Shown here one piece after another: positions 38,406 through 46,846 of a DNA stretch of 64,000 nt. Within the stretch, counting starts at the first letter, position 1. Each line of letters starts with the position of its first letter. The stretch covers positions 128,001-192,000 of the forward strand of contig CAWDVR010000006.1 in NCBI GenBank assembly GCA_963805975.1, written 5' to 3'. The stretch comes from an uncultured Acidobacteriota bacterium. Lineage in GTDB: Bacteria > Acidobacteriota > Thermoanaerobaculia > Multivoradales > SZUA-115. Position numbers and translations under genes: made by a program. Under the pieces are notes generated by a model that did not search any database, had not been told where the DNA came from, and worked only from the letters and a program-made list of their open reading frames with translations.

Positions 38406-39122
38406 ATGAACGAGGCAATAGCGCACGAGCCGGTCGAGGACGTGGAGCGCGACGAGCAGGGCCGTGTCGTGCGCCGGCAGACGCTGGTCGGAGGTCGCCT
38501 GCACGGGGAGGTCCTGACCTACGGCGAGGCGGGCCAGGTGCTGCGCCGCGAGCGCTTCGCGGCGGGCAAGCTCGAGGGCGAGGCCGTGGAGCACGATGCC
38601 GCGGGAAAGTTGGTGCAGCGCGCCGAGTTCCAGGCCGGCGCGCCGCATGGCGCGGTGGTGAGCTACGACGCCGAGGGTCGGGTCGCGCACAGCTTCCAGT
38701 TCTTCCACGGCAAGCTCGACGGCGAGGCGGCGATCTTCGAGCAGGGCCAGAAGCAGGCGGTGATCCACTACCGCGACGGCCTGCAGGACGGCGAGATGGT
38801 CTCGTTCGGCGAGGACGGCCTGCCGCTCGCCCGACGCCACTACCGGGCCGGAAAGCTCCACGGCGAGTCCGTGTGGTACGCGCCGCGGGGGATCGTGGCG
38901 CGCAAGGCCGGCTTCGTGGACGGCGTCATGGAAGGCGAGGTGGTGGACTTCTTCGAGGACGGCCGCGTGCGCGAGAAGGCGACCGCACGCCGCGGCAAGA
39001 TCGAAGGCGAGGTCGTGCGCTACCGGACGAACGGCACGGTGAAGGAGACGCAGCGCTTCCAGGCCGGCGAGCCGCTGGGGCCGCCGGTGCCGCACGACGA
39101 GCGCGGGCGTCCTCTGCGCTGA
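38406..39122 (+). CDS. MORN-variant repeat protein (YwqK-like antitoxin family)
   Basis: About nine repeats of 'F/Y..G.L.GE...Y...G'. Confidence 0.85.
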   Translation: MNEAIAHEPVEDVERDEQGRVVRRQTLVGGRLHGEVLTYGEAGQVLRRERFAAGKLEGEAVEHDAAGKLVQRAEFQAGAPHGAVVSYDAEGRVAHSFQFFHGKLDGEAAIFEQGQKQAVIHYRDGLQDGEMVSFGEDGLPLARRHYRAGKLHGESVWYAPRGIVARKAGFVDGVMEGEVVDFFEDGRVREKATARRGKIEGEVVRYRTNGTVKETQRFQAGEPLGPPVPHDERGRPLR

Positions 39123-39126
39123 CCAG

Positions 39127-39678
39127 ATGGCTCACACCATCTACACCTTCACGCTCCACCGTCTCGGCGTCCTGCTCGTGGCGGTGGGCGCACTGTTCGT
39201 TGGAGGGCTGCTGTTCGCGGCCGGCTGGCTGGTGGGCTCCCGCCAAGCCGCGCCGGCGACGAGCACGGCCGTAGCGGCGCCGGTCGCGGCCCCGGCAACC
39301 GGCGAGCCCACGTCCCAGGCCGCCGTGCCCCCTGCCGCGGCCTCGACAGCTCCTGGCGCACCGCCCCCGGCCTCTGCTGAGGCGGCACCGGCAGACGGCT
39401 CGGCCCTCCTTCCGGCCACGACCTTCGCGCTGGAGGTCGGCGTCTTCGTCGGCGAGGAAGAAGCCAAGGGCCTCGTTTCGGCGCTGCAGCAGCGGGGCTT
39501 CGAGCCGGTGGTGGTCGAACAGCCGGGCCCGCGCGACCACACACTGTTCCGGGTGATGGTCGGCAGCTATGCCAGCCGGCTGGAGGCGACCCAGGCGGCA
39601 GAGGCTTTCTTTCGCGAAGAGGACAAGAGGGCGGTGGTGGTCGAAGCGCGGCTGCCGAAGCCTACTTCTTCAAAGTGA
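39127..39678 (+). CDS. SPOR-domain membrane-anchored protein (second paralog)
   Basis: N-terminal TM 'GGLLFAAGWLVG', Ala/Pro linker, then 'FALEVGVF' and 'FRVMVGSYASR.EA'. Confidence 0.85.
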   Translation: MAHTIYTFTLHRLGVLLVAVGALFVGGLLFAAGWLVGSRQAAPATSTAVAAPVAAPATGEPTSQAAVPPAAASTAPGAPPPASAEAAPADGSALLPATTFALEVGVFVGEEEAKGLVSALQQRGFEPVVVEQPGPRDHTLFRVMVGSYASRLEATQAAEAFFREEDKRAVVVEARLPKPTSSK

Positions 39679-40945
39679 TCGCCACCATCCAGGAGCTGGC
39701 CCGCCAGTTGCCGTTGATGCCGTCGATATTCGTGCGCACGATCCGCTGGTCGTAGGTCGTCCAGGCGAACGCCACGTCCAGCCAGTCCACGCCGAAGCCC
39801 GCTGCGAGCACCGTGCGGTTGGAGTCGGGCAGCAGGGGGCCCACGGTGAAGTCCGGCTGCGGGCTCTCCTCGAAGGCGCCGCCGAAGCGGAACTGCGGTC
39901 CGGTCGGCCGTTTGATGAGCAGCCCGGCCCGGTAGCTCAGGCTGTCCTCGAAGCTCTGGGTGAAGGTCTGGTCGAGGATCGGCGCGCCGGAATAGGTGAA
40001 GGCGAGCTCGCGGAAGGTCTTCCAGCCGGTGCGGTTGACGTCGAGCTCCAGCGTGATCGATTTCGAGAGGCCGATCGCGATGCCCAGCGTGGCCACGTCC
40101 GGCAGCTCGAGCCGGGTCTCCAGGGCGAGGTCGCGGTCCAGCGGCAGGGTGGCGGCGAAGAGGTCGTCGAGCTGCTGGTTGCCGGTCGAGATCTGGGTCA
40201 TGCGGCCCACGCCCGGCAGGTCGATCGACATCTTGCTGCGGTAGGCGAGACCGTAGGAGAAGCGGGGCGAGACCTTGTGCAGCAGCCCCACGTTCCACCC
40301 GAAGCCGGCCTCCATGTCGGTCTTCTGGTGGACGCTCGCGGCATCCACCAGCCGGCCGTTGAAGGGATTGAGGGCGGCATAGCGGCGGTCGGTCGCGACC
40401 TCGGCCGTGCGGTAGGTCGCGCCCAGGCCGATCCCGAGGTTCGGCGTGAGGGCGAACGCCACGGTGGGGTTCACGTCGTAGGTGGTGATCTCGGCGCCGG
40501 TCGCCAAGAAGCGGCCGGCGAAGGTCGCCTCGCCCTGCCACTCGGTCGAGAGCAGGAAGGGCGAGTAGATGCCCACGCCCACGACGCCCCTCTCGCCCAG
40601 CGGCAGCACGCCGTAGAGGTGCGCGGGCAGCTCGAATGGGGTTTCCTGCTCGGCGGCAGTGCCGGCCCCGACACCAGGCGCCAAGCCCTGGTAGAGCGAC
40701 TCGTTGCGCTTCGAGACCGTGAGGCCCAGGGCCCCTGCCTTCTTCTTCTTGAGCAGGGCCAGCCCGCCGGGGTTGTAGAAGAGGGCGCTGGCGTCGTCCG
40801 CCTGGGCGGCGAAAGCCCCGGCGAGGCCCGTGGCCTTGGCACCCTGGTCGAAGAAGGCGAAGCCCTCGGCCACGGCCGGCGGCGCAACCAGACCGAATGC
40901 CGCCAGCAGCGCGAGCACCGGAGCTGGACGTTGGATGGAGTGCAA
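39662..40945 (-). CDS. FadL/OmpP1/TodX family outer-membrane transport protein
   Basis: 'GFAFFDQGAKATGLAGAFAAQADDASALFYNPGGL' is the family N-terminal hatch motif, followed by beta-barrel strands. Start codon uncertain. Confidence 0.88.
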   Translation of the reverse strand: MHSIQRPAPVLALLAAFGLVAPPAVAEGFAFFDQGAKATGLAGAFAAQADDASALFYNPGGLALLKKKKAGALGLTVSKRNESLYQGLAPGVGAGTAAEQETPFELPAHLYGVLPLGERGVVGVGIYSPFLLSTEWQGEATFAGRFLATGAEITTYDVNPTVAFALTPNLGIGLGATYRTAEVATDRRYAALNPFNGRLVDAASVHQKTDMEAGFGWNVGLLHKVSPRFSYGLAYRSKMSIDLPGVGRMTQISTGNQQLDDLFAATLPLDRDLALETRLELPDVATLGIAIGLSKSITLELDVNRTGWKTFRELAFTYSGAPILDQTFTQSFEDSLSYRAGLLIKRPTGPQFRFGGAFEESPQPDFTVGPLLPDSNRTVLAAGFGVDWLDVAFAWTTYDQRIVRTNIDGINGNWRASSWMVAITLKK

Positions 40946-41234
40946 AGCCCAGGCATTGTGGCACAGCCCCGAGCACCCGCAAACTGGACTGGAGCCTGCG
41001 CCGCGATTCAGCTTGAGCTCCCAGGGCTCTCGGAGGAGCACCGGCGCCTGCTCGGCCAAGCGCTGCACGCGGTGCAGGCCTTCAACTCCCTTGGCAACTC
41101 TGGGTCGCGGCCACCTGCCGACCCGACTAGGGATTATGGTCGCGGAGCGAGGGGGGATCCGGCGCCCGGCGGTGATTCAGCTCGAACTCGCGAAGGCTCC
41201 AGGCTCGGGGCGCAGGAGCGTCGCGGGCCGGCCA

Positions 41235-42011
41235 TCAGGAGGCCGCGTACGATGCGATCCCGTTCTTGTAGGTGATGACCGTGTCCGCGTTGTCAGGCAA
41301 ACTGTGGACGGACCCGTAGGGTTTCCCCAGGTTGCCCTCCACCCTCACCACGAAGGTGTTGGAGTAACTGAGACTGCTGGCCTTGAGCAGCGCGTGACAC
41401 TTATCGCACGGAAGGGTGTTTTGAGTCCACTCCAGGCTGACTTTGCTCTTCGGTTTCTTACTCTTGTCGCAGGCATAGGCTAACAGCAGCTTCGGCTCGG
41501 CGCACCCCTTTCCAGCTCCGGTGAACGACGAGCCACCGTAGGAAACCTCGACGGCGCCCTTGCCCTTGGCATCGGATTCCTTGTACTCAACTCCTACCTG
41601 CGGCTCTTGATCCACTACCGGCGGGGGATTCTCCGGGCACCAGGTTTCGTGGCCGCCCATTTTCCTGCACGTCTTGCATCTGTAGGCCGCGCGTTGGGCG
41701 ACAGGACCGAGCCCGGAGCGGCCCATGGCGGTCGAACCGGCTGCTAGCGGGATCCTCGCCTGCTGAGCCCGCGACCCGGCCACCCTGGCGGGTTGGAGTG
41801 AGCCCGTCTTCGCCCCGGCGCCAGGCGTCGGCTGGGCCGCCGCAGCCACCATCCGCTGGACGTGGGCAGCGTGGCTTCGCGCCGCCTGGAAGCGCGGGGC
41901 TGGCACGCGCTCCGCCGTCGGCTGTCCCACCGCGGCCCCCATCTTGGCTTGCGCCGCCGCGATCACAGCTTGGACGTGCGCCGCGAGCTTGCGCTCCGGA
42001 TTCATAGCCAT
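41235..42011 (-). CDS. Putative nucleic-acid deaminase toxin with 'AAHVQ' leader and Zn-knuckle-like motif
   Basis: AGGAGG RBS. Leader 'LAAHVQAVI..AAHVQRMV..VAQR', then CxxC..H..C, 'GCAEPK' (41496-41504) and 'PCDKC' (41397-41411). Confidence 0.72.
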   Translation of the reverse strand: MAMNPERKLAAHVQAVIAAAQAKMGAAVGQPTAERVPAPRFQAARSHAAHVQRMVAAAAQPTPGAGAKTGSLQPARVAGSRAQQARIPLAAGSTAMGRSGLGPVAQRAAYRCKTCRKMGGHETWCPENPPPVVDQEPQVGVEYKESDAKGKGAVEVSYGGSSFTGAGKGCAEPKLLLAYACDKSKKPKSKVSLEWTQNTLPCDKCHALLKASSLSYSNTFVVRVEGNLGKPYGSVHSLPDNADTVITYKNGIASYAAS

Positions 42012-42102
42012 CGGCATCCTCCTGCGAGTCGCACGACCCGACCCTACCACCGGACGAGAGTCCGGGGAGCCCGAACTGAACCACAGGTCCCGCGGGCTGC
42101 TG

Positions 42103-43149
42103 CTACGGCGCGTGCTTCGGTGCCAGCCGCTCTTGCGGCAGGCCGGCGCAGTCGCGGAGCGCCGCCTCCACGTACTTCGCCACCATCTGGCCGCGCCAGG
42201 GAGCCGAGAAGTCGGTGTTGTCCAGCGGCGAGGTGTCGCGGCGGGCGAGCGCGGCAGCCGCGGCGATGGTCTCCGCGGTCAGGGGCTTGCCGATCAGCGC
42301 TTCGGCGGTGGCGGTGGCCGGGGTGGGGAAGGAGGCCACGGCGCCGAGGAAGACCCGCGCCCGGCTCACCAGCCCGGCCTCGTCCAGCCACACTGCAGAG
42401 GCGGCGGTCAGCACTGCGAAGTCGATCGAGCCCCGGCGGCGGAGCTTCCAGAACGCGCTCCGGCATGGGCCGGCCGTCGAGTCGGCCGGGAGGTAGACGT
42501 CGGTCAGAACCTCCTCCGGCCGCTTGGAGAGGTAGAGCATGCCGTCGTCCTGGAAGAGCTGCTCGACCGGGATCATGCGCTCACCCGCCACCGAGACCAG
42601 CCGCACCCGTGCGCCCAGGGCACAGAGCATCGGCGCCGAGTCCGAGGCCGAGATCGCCCAGCAGCGCGGCGAGCCCGGCGCCACCCAGCACACCGTGCCT
42701 TGCGCCTTCATGCAGTAGGAGATCGACTGCCGCCACTCCTCGTTCTGGTTGTAGTAGGTGCAGCGCGTGTCGAGGCAGAGGTTGCCGCCGACGGTACCCA
42801 TGTTGCGCAGCACGGGCGCCGAGATGCTCTCGAAAGCCCGCGCCAGCGCCGGGTAGCGGTCTGTCACCAGCGGGTCGCGTGCCGCCTGGGCGAGGGTGGT
42901 CATGGCACCCAGGCGCGTCTCGCCGTCGTTGCGCGAGCCGTTCTCGATGCCGCGGAGCGATGCGACTCGGCCGAGGCTCACCACCGTGCTCGCCCGCTGG
43001 TGCCGGCGCTTCATGTTGGGCCACAAGTCCGTGCCGCCGGCCACCAGGCGCACGGGCTGCCCTTCGGCCGCGCCCTCGCCCGCCAGGACGCGGGCCGCCT
43101 CCTCGACACTCGCCGCCCGGTGGAGCTTGAACTGGGGCAGGCGCAGCAT
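42103..43149 (-). CDS. hcrB: FAD/[4Fe-4S] subunit of xanthine-oxidase-family enzyme (4-hydroxybenzoyl-CoA reductase beta-like)
   Basis: 'AGGTDL', 'LRNMGTVGGNLC', Cys-rich insert 'CLDTRC...YC...C...RC' and 'KLRRRGSIDF'. As assembled it is in frame with the upstream hydrolase. Confidence 0.85.
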   Translation of the reverse strand: MLRLPQFKLHRAASVEEAARVLAGEGAAEGQPVRLVAGGTDLWPNMKRRHQRASTVVSLGRVASLRGIENGSRNDGETRLGAMTTLAQAARDPLVTDRYPALARAFESISAPVLRNMGTVGGNLCLDTRCTYYNQNEEWRQSISYCMKAQGTVCWVAPGSPRCWAISASDSAPMLCALGARVRLVSVAGERMIPVEQLFQDDGMLYLSKRPEEVLTDVYLPADSTAGPCRSAFWKLRRRGSIDFAVLTAASAVWLDEAGLVSRARVFLGAVASFPTPATATAEALIGKPLTAETIAAAAALARRDTSPLDNTDFSAPWRGQMVAKYVEAALRDCAGLPQERLAPKHAP

Positions 43150-44310
43150 CTCTATCGCCCCGCAGCACGCCGCCAGGAAGGGCCGCGCCAGGCTCTGCGC
43201 CGCGGCCTCGACGTCCTCCGGCACGCCACCCAGGTTCGAAAGCAGCGACACCGCCAGGCCGGCGTCGCGGTAGACCACCAGCACCGAGCGCCCGCCGGCG
43301 ATGTTGCCCGCGTGGTGGACGATGGGCAGCCCCGCTGCTTCGTCTTTCCCCACCCGCCAGCCGAACCCCACCCCGGTCTCCTCACCGTCGGCCGTCTTCT
43401 GCGGCGTGAAGAAGAGCCTGAGCGTCTCTTCCTTGAAGAACCCCGGCTTCGCGTGCGCCGCGCCGAAGCGGGCGAGGTCGGCGGCGGTCGACAGCAGGCC
43501 GCCGCCCGCCCACTTGTAGCTCGGGTCGATCGCCCGCGCCGGCACTGCTTTGCCTTCCTGGTCGCGGTCGTAGAACGAGGAGCGGTCCGGCCGGTCGGCG
43601 CCCTTGCGGTCGGCGGTCGTTTGCGAGAGCTTCAGGGGGCCCAGCACGGCCTCGTCCAGGTAGGACAGGAACTCCTTGCCCGAAGCTCCCTCGATCACCG
43701 CCGCGAGCAGCGTGTAGCCATGGGTGGTGTACGAGTACTGGGTGCCCGGCGGGGCGAGCAGCGGATCGTTCTCGAAGATGGCGAGGCTCGCGGTGACGGT
43801 GTCGAAGTGCCGGTCGTCGATCGAGGTGGGGAAGAAGTCCTTGGGCGCGTAGTGGCGGATGCCCGCGAGGTGGCCGGCGAGCTGGCGGGCGGTGATCGCG
43901 GAGCCCGGCTCCGGGTACCCCGGCACGTACTTCCGGAGCGGTTCGTCCACGTCGAGCTTCCCGGCCTCGACGAGCTTCGCCGCCGCCGCGGCGGTGAAGA
44001 GCTTCGAGACGCTGGCCAGCCGGAACTGCGTCTCCGCGGTGGCCGGCCGGGCGGCTTCACGGTCGGCGAGACCGAACCCTTCCTGCCATACGACCTCGCC
44101 GCCCACGACTACCGCCGCCGCGAGGCCCGGGATGCCCTGGGTGACGCGCAAGGCCTCGGCCGCCTTCCGGGCCTCGGCGATGGCGGCGGAGTAGCGGCCC
44201 TCGACCGCCGCCGGAGGAGGTGCGGGCGCGGCGACCTTGGCCGCTCCCGCCGGCAGCGTGGCCAGGCAGAGGATGAGCGCGAAGCGGCTAGCGAGTGGTG
44301 AGCGGCGCAT
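43150..44310 (-). CDS. Secreted serine hydrolase (beta-lactamase/AmpC-like family); reads through in frame into hcrB in this sequence
   Basis: Signal peptide, SxxK 'ASVSK', 'PGTQYSYT' and 'HAG'. Confidence 0.85.
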
Positions 44311-46846
44311 CTTTTCTCTCCTGGAGCACTTCCTCGCGGAAGCTCATCGTGCCGGAGGCACCGCGCATGCCCGAGCGGTTCTTCTTGAATTCGTTGACGG
44401 CCCGGCCGTCGCCGCCCTCGGCTGGCGTCGGCACCTCGAGCACCTCGCCGAAGTCGAGGTCGGGGAACCCCTTGGGCCCGAAGCGCGCCTCCTTGCCAGC
44501 GGCTTCGGCTTCGAGCGCCTTGACGATCATGTGCGGCTGGATCGGCACCTGGTCGACGCGCACGCCCACCGCGTCGAAGACCGCGTTGGCGACCGCCGGC
44601 ATCATCGGCAGTAGCGGCCCCTGGCCCACCTCCTTGGCGCCGAACGGGCCGATGGGGTCCGGGTCCTCGATCAGGTAGGTGGTGACCTTCGGCATCTCGT
44701 GGAAGGTGAGGCTCTTGTACTCGAGGAGCGAGGGCGTCTTGTGGACCAGGGCGCCGGACATGCGCTTGGGGAGGCGGCGGAAGGCCTGCTCTTCCATCAT
44801 CGCCTCGCCGAGGCCCATGTAGACGCTGCCCTCGACCTGGCCCATCACCAGCACCGGGTTGATCGCCCGGCCGATGTCGTGCGCCACCCACACCTGCTCC
44901 ACGTCGAAGAGGCCGGTCGCGGGATCGACCTCCACCTCGACCACCGCCGCGGTGAAGGAGTACGTAGGGGAGGGCCCGACGCCCGCGCCGCGGTACTTGC
45001 CCGGCGAGCGTGGCGGGATGTAGGAGCCGGTCGTGGCGAGGGTGCCGAAGCGGGCCTCGGCCACGATCACCGCATCCGTGAAGGACAGGCCCTTCCCCGG
45101 CTCCGAGGCGTCGAACACCCGGCCCTCGGCGAACACCAGGCGCTCGACCGGCACCTCGAGCCGCTCGGCGACGGCGCGCGCCACCAGGTCGCGGGCGCGC
45201 TCGGCTGCCTCGCGCGCCGCGTTGCCCATCATCAGGGTGACGCGCGAGGAGTAGCTGCCGAGATCGACCGGCGTCAGGTCGGTGTCGGCCACGAAGAGCC
45301 GCAGGTCTTCGAGACCCACGCCGAGCACCTCGGCCACGATCACCGCCAGCACGCTGTCCGAGCCCTGGCCGATCTCGCTCTCGCCGCAGTAGACGGCGAC
45401 CCCGCCGCTGCGGTCGAGCTTGATCATCACCCCGGACTGCGGCATGTGGTTCCAGTAAATGGGAAGGCCGGCGCCGCAGAGGTAGGAGCCGCAGGCGAGC
45501 CCCAGGCCGCGGCCGAAGGGGAGCTTGCCGTAGCGCTCCCGCCAGCCGCTGCCCTCGACCACGGCCTCGATGCAGCGCCCGAGGGCGATCGACGGCACCT
45601 TGAGCCAGTTCGCGGTCACCGTGCCGGGCTGGACGAGCTGCTTGAGGCGCAGCTCGGCGGGGTCGAGCCCCAGGGCGTGCGCCGCCTTGTCGAGCTGCAC
45701 CTCGAAGCCGAAGCGCGGCTGCGGCGTGCCGTGCCCGCGCTTGGGTCCGCAGGGCGGCTTGTTGGTGAAGGCGCGCACGCCCTCGAACCAGTAGGCAGGC
45801 AGGTCGTAGGTGACGGTCTGGAGCGCTCCGGTGTAGTAAGTCGATGCCACGCCGTAGCTGCCGTACGCGCCGCCGTCGAGCGCGGTCTTCAGGTGCTGCG
45901 CGGTCATCGTGCCGTCTTTGCGGAAGCCGGTCTTGAGGTGCATCGCGACCGGGTGCCGGCCGCGGTGGCAGTAGAAGACCTCCTCGCGGGTGAGCGAGAC
46001 CTTCACCGGCCGCCCGAGCTTCAAGGCCATCTTGGCGGCCACGATCTCGTGCTGGAAGGGATCGCTCTTGCCGCCGAAGCCGCCGCCGTTCGAGCACGCC
46101 ACCACCCGGATGCGCGAGGCCGGCAGGCCGAGGACCTTGGTCAGGGCGCGGTGCACATAGTGCGGTGTCTGGGTGGAGGAGTAGAGGGTCACCCGGCCCT
46201 CGTCCTCGGGCACGGCCACTGCCGCGTGCTGCTCGAGCGGCAGGTGGGTGTTGCCCTCGTAGAAGAACGAGTCTTCGAGCACCAGGTCGGCCGCGGCGAA
46301 GCCTTGCTCCAGGTCACCGAACTTCATCGAGACTTTCTTGTGCAGGTTGCCCTCGTCACCGTAGTCGTGGAGGCGGGGCTCAGGGGTCTTGATCGCCTCC
46401 TCGACACTGGCAATGGTGGGTAGCGCCTCGTATTCGACGCGGACGGCGAGCGCCGCCTCGTAGGCCTGGTCCTCGGTGAGCGCCGCCACCGCCGCCAACG
46501 GGTCGCCCACGAAGCGCACCTTGTCCGGACAGAGGGCGTGCTCGTCCTGGGAAACCGGCAGGATGCCGAAGGTCTCGTCGGAGAAATCGGCCGCGGTGAG
46601 GCAGCCGACGACGCCCGGCATGGCTCGGGCGGCCGCGAGGTCGATGGACTTGATGAGGGCGTGCGGCACGGTGGAGCGCACCAGGCGCAGGTAGACCATG
46701 CGCGGGAACGACAGGTCGTCCGCGTAGCGCGTCTGGCCGGTGACCTTGGCGTGGCCGTCCACTCGCCGGAACGGCGTGCCGATGAGCTTCAGCGGGCGGT
46801 CCGCGGGCGCCTCGTCCGGGAGCGGCTTTGCGAGCGGTTCAGCCAT
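44288..46846 (-). CDS. hcrA: Molybdopterin-binding subunit (4-hydroxybenzoyl-CoA reductase alpha-like)
   Basis: 'KVTGQTRYADD', 'GGGFGGK', 'RGHG.PQ', 'GSYSSRVT', 'GQVEG' and 'GAKEVG'. Confidence 0.85.
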   Translation of the reverse strand: MAEPLAKPLPDEAPADRPLKLIGTPFRRVDGHAKVTGQTRYADDLSFPRMVYLRLVRSTVPHALIKSIDLAAARAMPGVVGCLTAADFSDETFGILPVSQDEHALCPDKVRFVGDPLAAVAALTEDQAYEAALAVRVEYEALPTIASVEEAIKTPEPRLHDYGDEGNLHKKVSMKFGDLEQGFAAADLVLEDSFFYEGNTHLPLEQHAAVAVPEDEGRVTLYSSTQTPHYVHRALTKVLGLPASRIRVVACSNGGGFGGKSDPFQHEIVAAKMALKLGRPVKVSLTREEVFYCHRGRHPVAMHLKTGFRKDGTMTAQHLKTALDGGAYGSYGVASTYYTGALQTVTYDLPAYWFEGVRAFTNKPPCGPKRGHGTPQPRFGFEVQLDKAAHALGLDPAELRLKQLVQPGTVTANWLKVPSIALGRCIEAVVEGSGWRERYGKLPFGRGLGLACGSYLCGAGLPIYWNHMPQSGVMIKLDRSGGVAVYCGESEIGQGSDSVLAVIVAEVLGVGLEDLRLFVADTDLTPVDLGSYSSRVTLMMGNAAREAAERARDLVARAVAERLEVPVERLVFAEGRVFDASEPGKGLSFTDAVIVAEARFGTLATTGSYIPPRSPGKYRGAGVGPSPTYSFTAAVVEVEVDPATGLFDVEQVWVAHDIGRAINPVLVMGQVEGSVYMGLGEAMMEEQAFRRLPKRMSGALVHKTPSLLEYKSLTFHEMPKVTTYLIEDPDPIGPFGAKEVGQGPLLPMMPAVANAVFDAVGVRVDQVPIQPHMIVKALEAEAAGKEARFGPKGFPDLDFGEVLEVPTPAEGGDGRAVNEFKKNRSGMRGASGTMSFREEVLQERKDAPLTTR

